DNA of 64,000 nucleotides from Octopus sinensis (Eukaryota). This document shows positions 60,994-64,000 of the stretch, one piece after another. The notes beneath the pieces are model-generated. The model did not search any database. It was given only the letters and a program-made list of their open reading frames with translations, and was not told the DNA's origin. The position numbers and the translations under genes are program-made. The stretch's first letter is position 1. The number at the start of each line of letters is the position of its first letter. The stretch spans positions 13,144,001 to 13,208,000 of the forward strand of contig NC_043017.1 in assembly GCF_006345805.1 (NCBI RefSeq). The letters are read 5' to 3'.

Positions 60994-61700
60994 AGTAATT
61001 TTTCAGAGTAACACCTGCATGATTTTCATTAAGAAAGAAAGAAAAAAAAAAACTCAGATTTTTTGCGTGGAATCAGTTACCCTGACCTCCTAATATGTTG
61101 CAAATCCCTTATTTTGGTTCAGAAAAGGAGGGGGGGCAAGAAGGGACCTCCCCAGGTCCCGGATTCATTGGAATTTTTTTTTCTTTTCCGTTGAATGAAT
61201 TCCTGTGACATCCTATATGCTACAAAACCCTTTTTGGGGTCTGAAAAACCAGAGTGGGGTGAGGTGGAAGCCTCGGAAATTTCACCCACCCCATTGATCT
61301 TTTCAGGTTTAGGGTTTTAGGGTTGGGGTTAGGGAAATCTGTCCCGGATTCATTGGAATTTTTTTTTTTTCCATAGTGAAAATCGTGCTGGTGAAAAGAT
61401 CAATGGGGGTAGGAGTGAGTGAAATTTCCGAAGCTTCCACCTCACTGCACTCCGTTTTTTGGACCCCAAAAAGGGTTTTGTAGCATAGTAAGATGTCACA
61501 GAAATTCATTCAACGAAAAAAAAAAAATTTCCAATGAATCCGGGACCGGGGGATCCCCCCTTTACCCTCATTTCCCGAACCAAAATAAGGAATTTGCAGC
61601 ATATTAGGGTGTCAGGGTAATTGATTCCACGCAAAAAATCTGAGTTTTTTTTTTGTTTTCTTAGTGAAAATCGTGCGGGTGTTACTCTAAAAAAATTACC
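60994..61700. mobile_element. Fold-back non-autonomous DNA transposon with ~310-bp TIRs and 8-bp TSD (TCGATACC)
   Basis: Arms ~60994-61305 and ~61391-61700 are reverse complements; TCGATACC at 60986-60993 and 61701-61708; right terminus reads GGTAATT inward. Confidence 0.85.
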
Positions 61701-62658
61701 TCGATACCTAGTACAGTACCACCCACTTCTAAGACAGGGGAGATTTGGCGACTATTACTAGCTGGTCGAACAACCACCTAGATACTATGCCACAGGTGGA
61801 TGCTTTTAGCCTAACTATACGGTACTATATTTAGTAGTAAAAGAGTTCTCCGTCGTTCGCCTACATGGAAGACTCACAATGCACACAAAAGTAAAACGAA
61901 AGTTTCCAACAGGGAATGTTCAAAACACGTAAAGATTACAGTGTAATAAATACTTGTTTTCTCGAAATTTTCTGAGACGTTAGACACCCTTTTTTCTCAA
62001 TGCTTAAATTTTATTTCACTGCTTAAGCCATAAATACTAGATTTATAGTCAAATATGCCTCTAGTAGGGACTGGGTTGACATCAGCAATGTGTAACCCGA
62101 GATGTTTGAAGAGCAGGCCCACAGAAAGTCTTCCCACTACATATTCTCCCTCGATTGTCAATTCTTTGACTAAGCTGTTCCAAAGAGTTTTAGAATTCTT
62201 AAAGCACATTTTTAAAAATATCTTACATAAACATTAAATGCACAAGAAAGATGGCCATCCTGACAGGTTACTCTAAGATCAAGTTCTGTCAACTTAACGT
62301 ATCAAGTTATCTACAATTATATAGAGAGTTGTGTGTATATTACTCCCTTGCAACAATACTCCCGCATTGAAAAAAAAAAAGGCAAAACCCTCCCGTCAAG
62401 AACGTTGTCAGTAAAGACAGATGCGGAAATGTTTACAATCTTGAAGTCTCAACACTGCACTTGGCCTCGCTTTTCTGACCTCTAACTTCGTCCATTTATC
62501 ATTCCACAGCATATCAGCTTCTTTTAATCCAATATTTCTGTCTATTATAAATAATCCCTTCCTCACGTCTCATCCATAGCGATTATTCGCGTTTTACACA
62601 TTATATACACATGGTTAGAGTCAGTAATGTGTCAAATAATAACTTTTTATGTATGTGT

Positions 62659-62702
<44 letters not shown>

Positions 62703-63116
62703 ACATACATACACACACACGCACATGTGTTTTTACGCGTATGTTTGGGCCATCATAAATCATTGATATAATTAAAGAATTTCTTCGCAATTCTATATTC
62801 CTAAACATTAAAAGAATTATGTTGTAAAAATAATAATATAGGAAAATAAACCAAGATACTGATTTCCTAAGCTATATAAATAAATCATTAAACAATTCAT
62901 AGAAACATATATCGGTCCCAACCCCATGCAATAAAAGAGACGTAAATTTTGGGTAAAGTACTTCTAATGTCATTAAATACGGTACAATGGAGCCACGAAC
63001 ATTTTAAAATTTTATTTTTGGCATTACTTGTGCTGTAGATACTAAATATATTGTATGAATTATCATTTAATATATAGAAAAAATATTTAAAGTTAAAATA
63101 GTCGTGTTATAATTAC

Positions 63117-63128
63117 CTTGCCTGCCAT
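63117..63128 (-). CDS. Predicted first coding micro-exon of the ASB gene (ATG GCA GGC AAG, MAGK)
   Basis: Minus strand reads gttgctATGGCAGGCAAG|GTAATT. The phase-0 donor matches the phase-0 acceptor at 56262 and joins to MAGK-ETGNTTKD. It lies in unique, non-repeat sequence; implied intron 56263-63116. Confidence 0.7.
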
Positions 63129-64000
63129 AGCAACTTAACAACTCTTGGGAAACGGCGACTTGCTGCTTGCAACAAAAAGTTGCAATGGATTGATGCCAAA
63201 GTTATTTTTGCTTATGAATTCTTTCTCTATTATTCATTTATTTATTTATTAGTCGTCTCATACTCATCTAACTTCGGTAACGGTAAATATATTACATTGA
63301 AAGAGACAGACAGGGAGAAAAAAATGTACTTTTTAAAATTAAAGCCAAAACTTTTATCAATAATTCTGTAAATTCTTGAAAAGTGTTTTTTTCTTTCATA
63401 ACCTTTATTTCAATTTAATATTCGCGTCATTACGTGAATAAACGGTAACACATATAGAACTAAAATGATATACAGGTAACAAATCACACACGAATACATA
63501 AACGCGTATACTTTGTAATATATAAAGGCATTGAAAAATTGCAGAGGAATTATAAAGGTTTAGCACTGGTTGCAGATGCATTAAATATTTTGCGATAACA
63601 AAGTAAACCCTTTTTATATATATATGTATTTTTTCGCCCTGGTTCCTATTTTCGGTGGGAAAACAATTTTTGTAAAACTAGATCTTGGTAACATAGCTGG
63701 AACTTGGTGGGTAACAGCTGGAACTTGGGCACACTGGGCAGTTGCCCTCGGCCCCGTAGGTCTAGGACCCAATTCCAATTTATGTATTATATATTTCTTT
63801 ATTGCCCACAAGGGGCTAAACATAAAATTTATGTATTATAGAGCCCAGTGCATTAATTTGCCCAAGGGCCTATAAGGCTACTGGATGGTACCATAGTCAA
63901 TGAGATTGTTCTCATAATTCTTTGTCAATCATAACTGAGTAGATCTATAATCAGAGGTTTCCAATTATGACCATCATGTCTGTCGCACGACAAATGACCT

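Noticed and set aside
61307-61333. Telomere or interstitial telomeric array
   Set aside because: Only 3-4 imperfect TTAGGG units, inside a TIR element.

Overview
This is AT-rich, repeat-dominated eukaryotic DNA. The SINE and LINE-tail families are ones I recognise from Octopus/coleoid cephalopods (inference, not a database hit). There is one clear gene: an ankyrin-repeat + SOCS-box (ASB-family) protein on the minus strand, with a 1611-bp terminal coding exon (54652-56262) and a predicted 12-bp first coding exon (63117-63128; MAGK|GT, phase 0), giving about 540 aa. The rest is a layered mobilome: at least 5 tRNA-derived SINE or LINE-tail families, RTE-like LINE relics, a cluster of non-autonomous Helitrons (10.6-16.0 kb), piggyBac-like (TTAA) and hAT-like MITEs, several GG-terminal elements with 8-bp TSDs, and micro/minisatellites. 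The most interesting signal is absent from the ORF track: minimal type-I hammerhead ribozyme motifs of the Penelope/retrozyme kind, from several unrelated sequence families. These are a back-to-back inverted pair (1553-1650), one split by a Helitron (12931-13365), three in a ~218-bp tandem array (26232-26888), one apparently intact solo copy (30022-30114), and a decayed inverted pair forming a hairpin in the probable ASB 3'UTR (54239-54330). All folds were done by eye and none is shown to be active. SINE and LINE boundaries are approximate.
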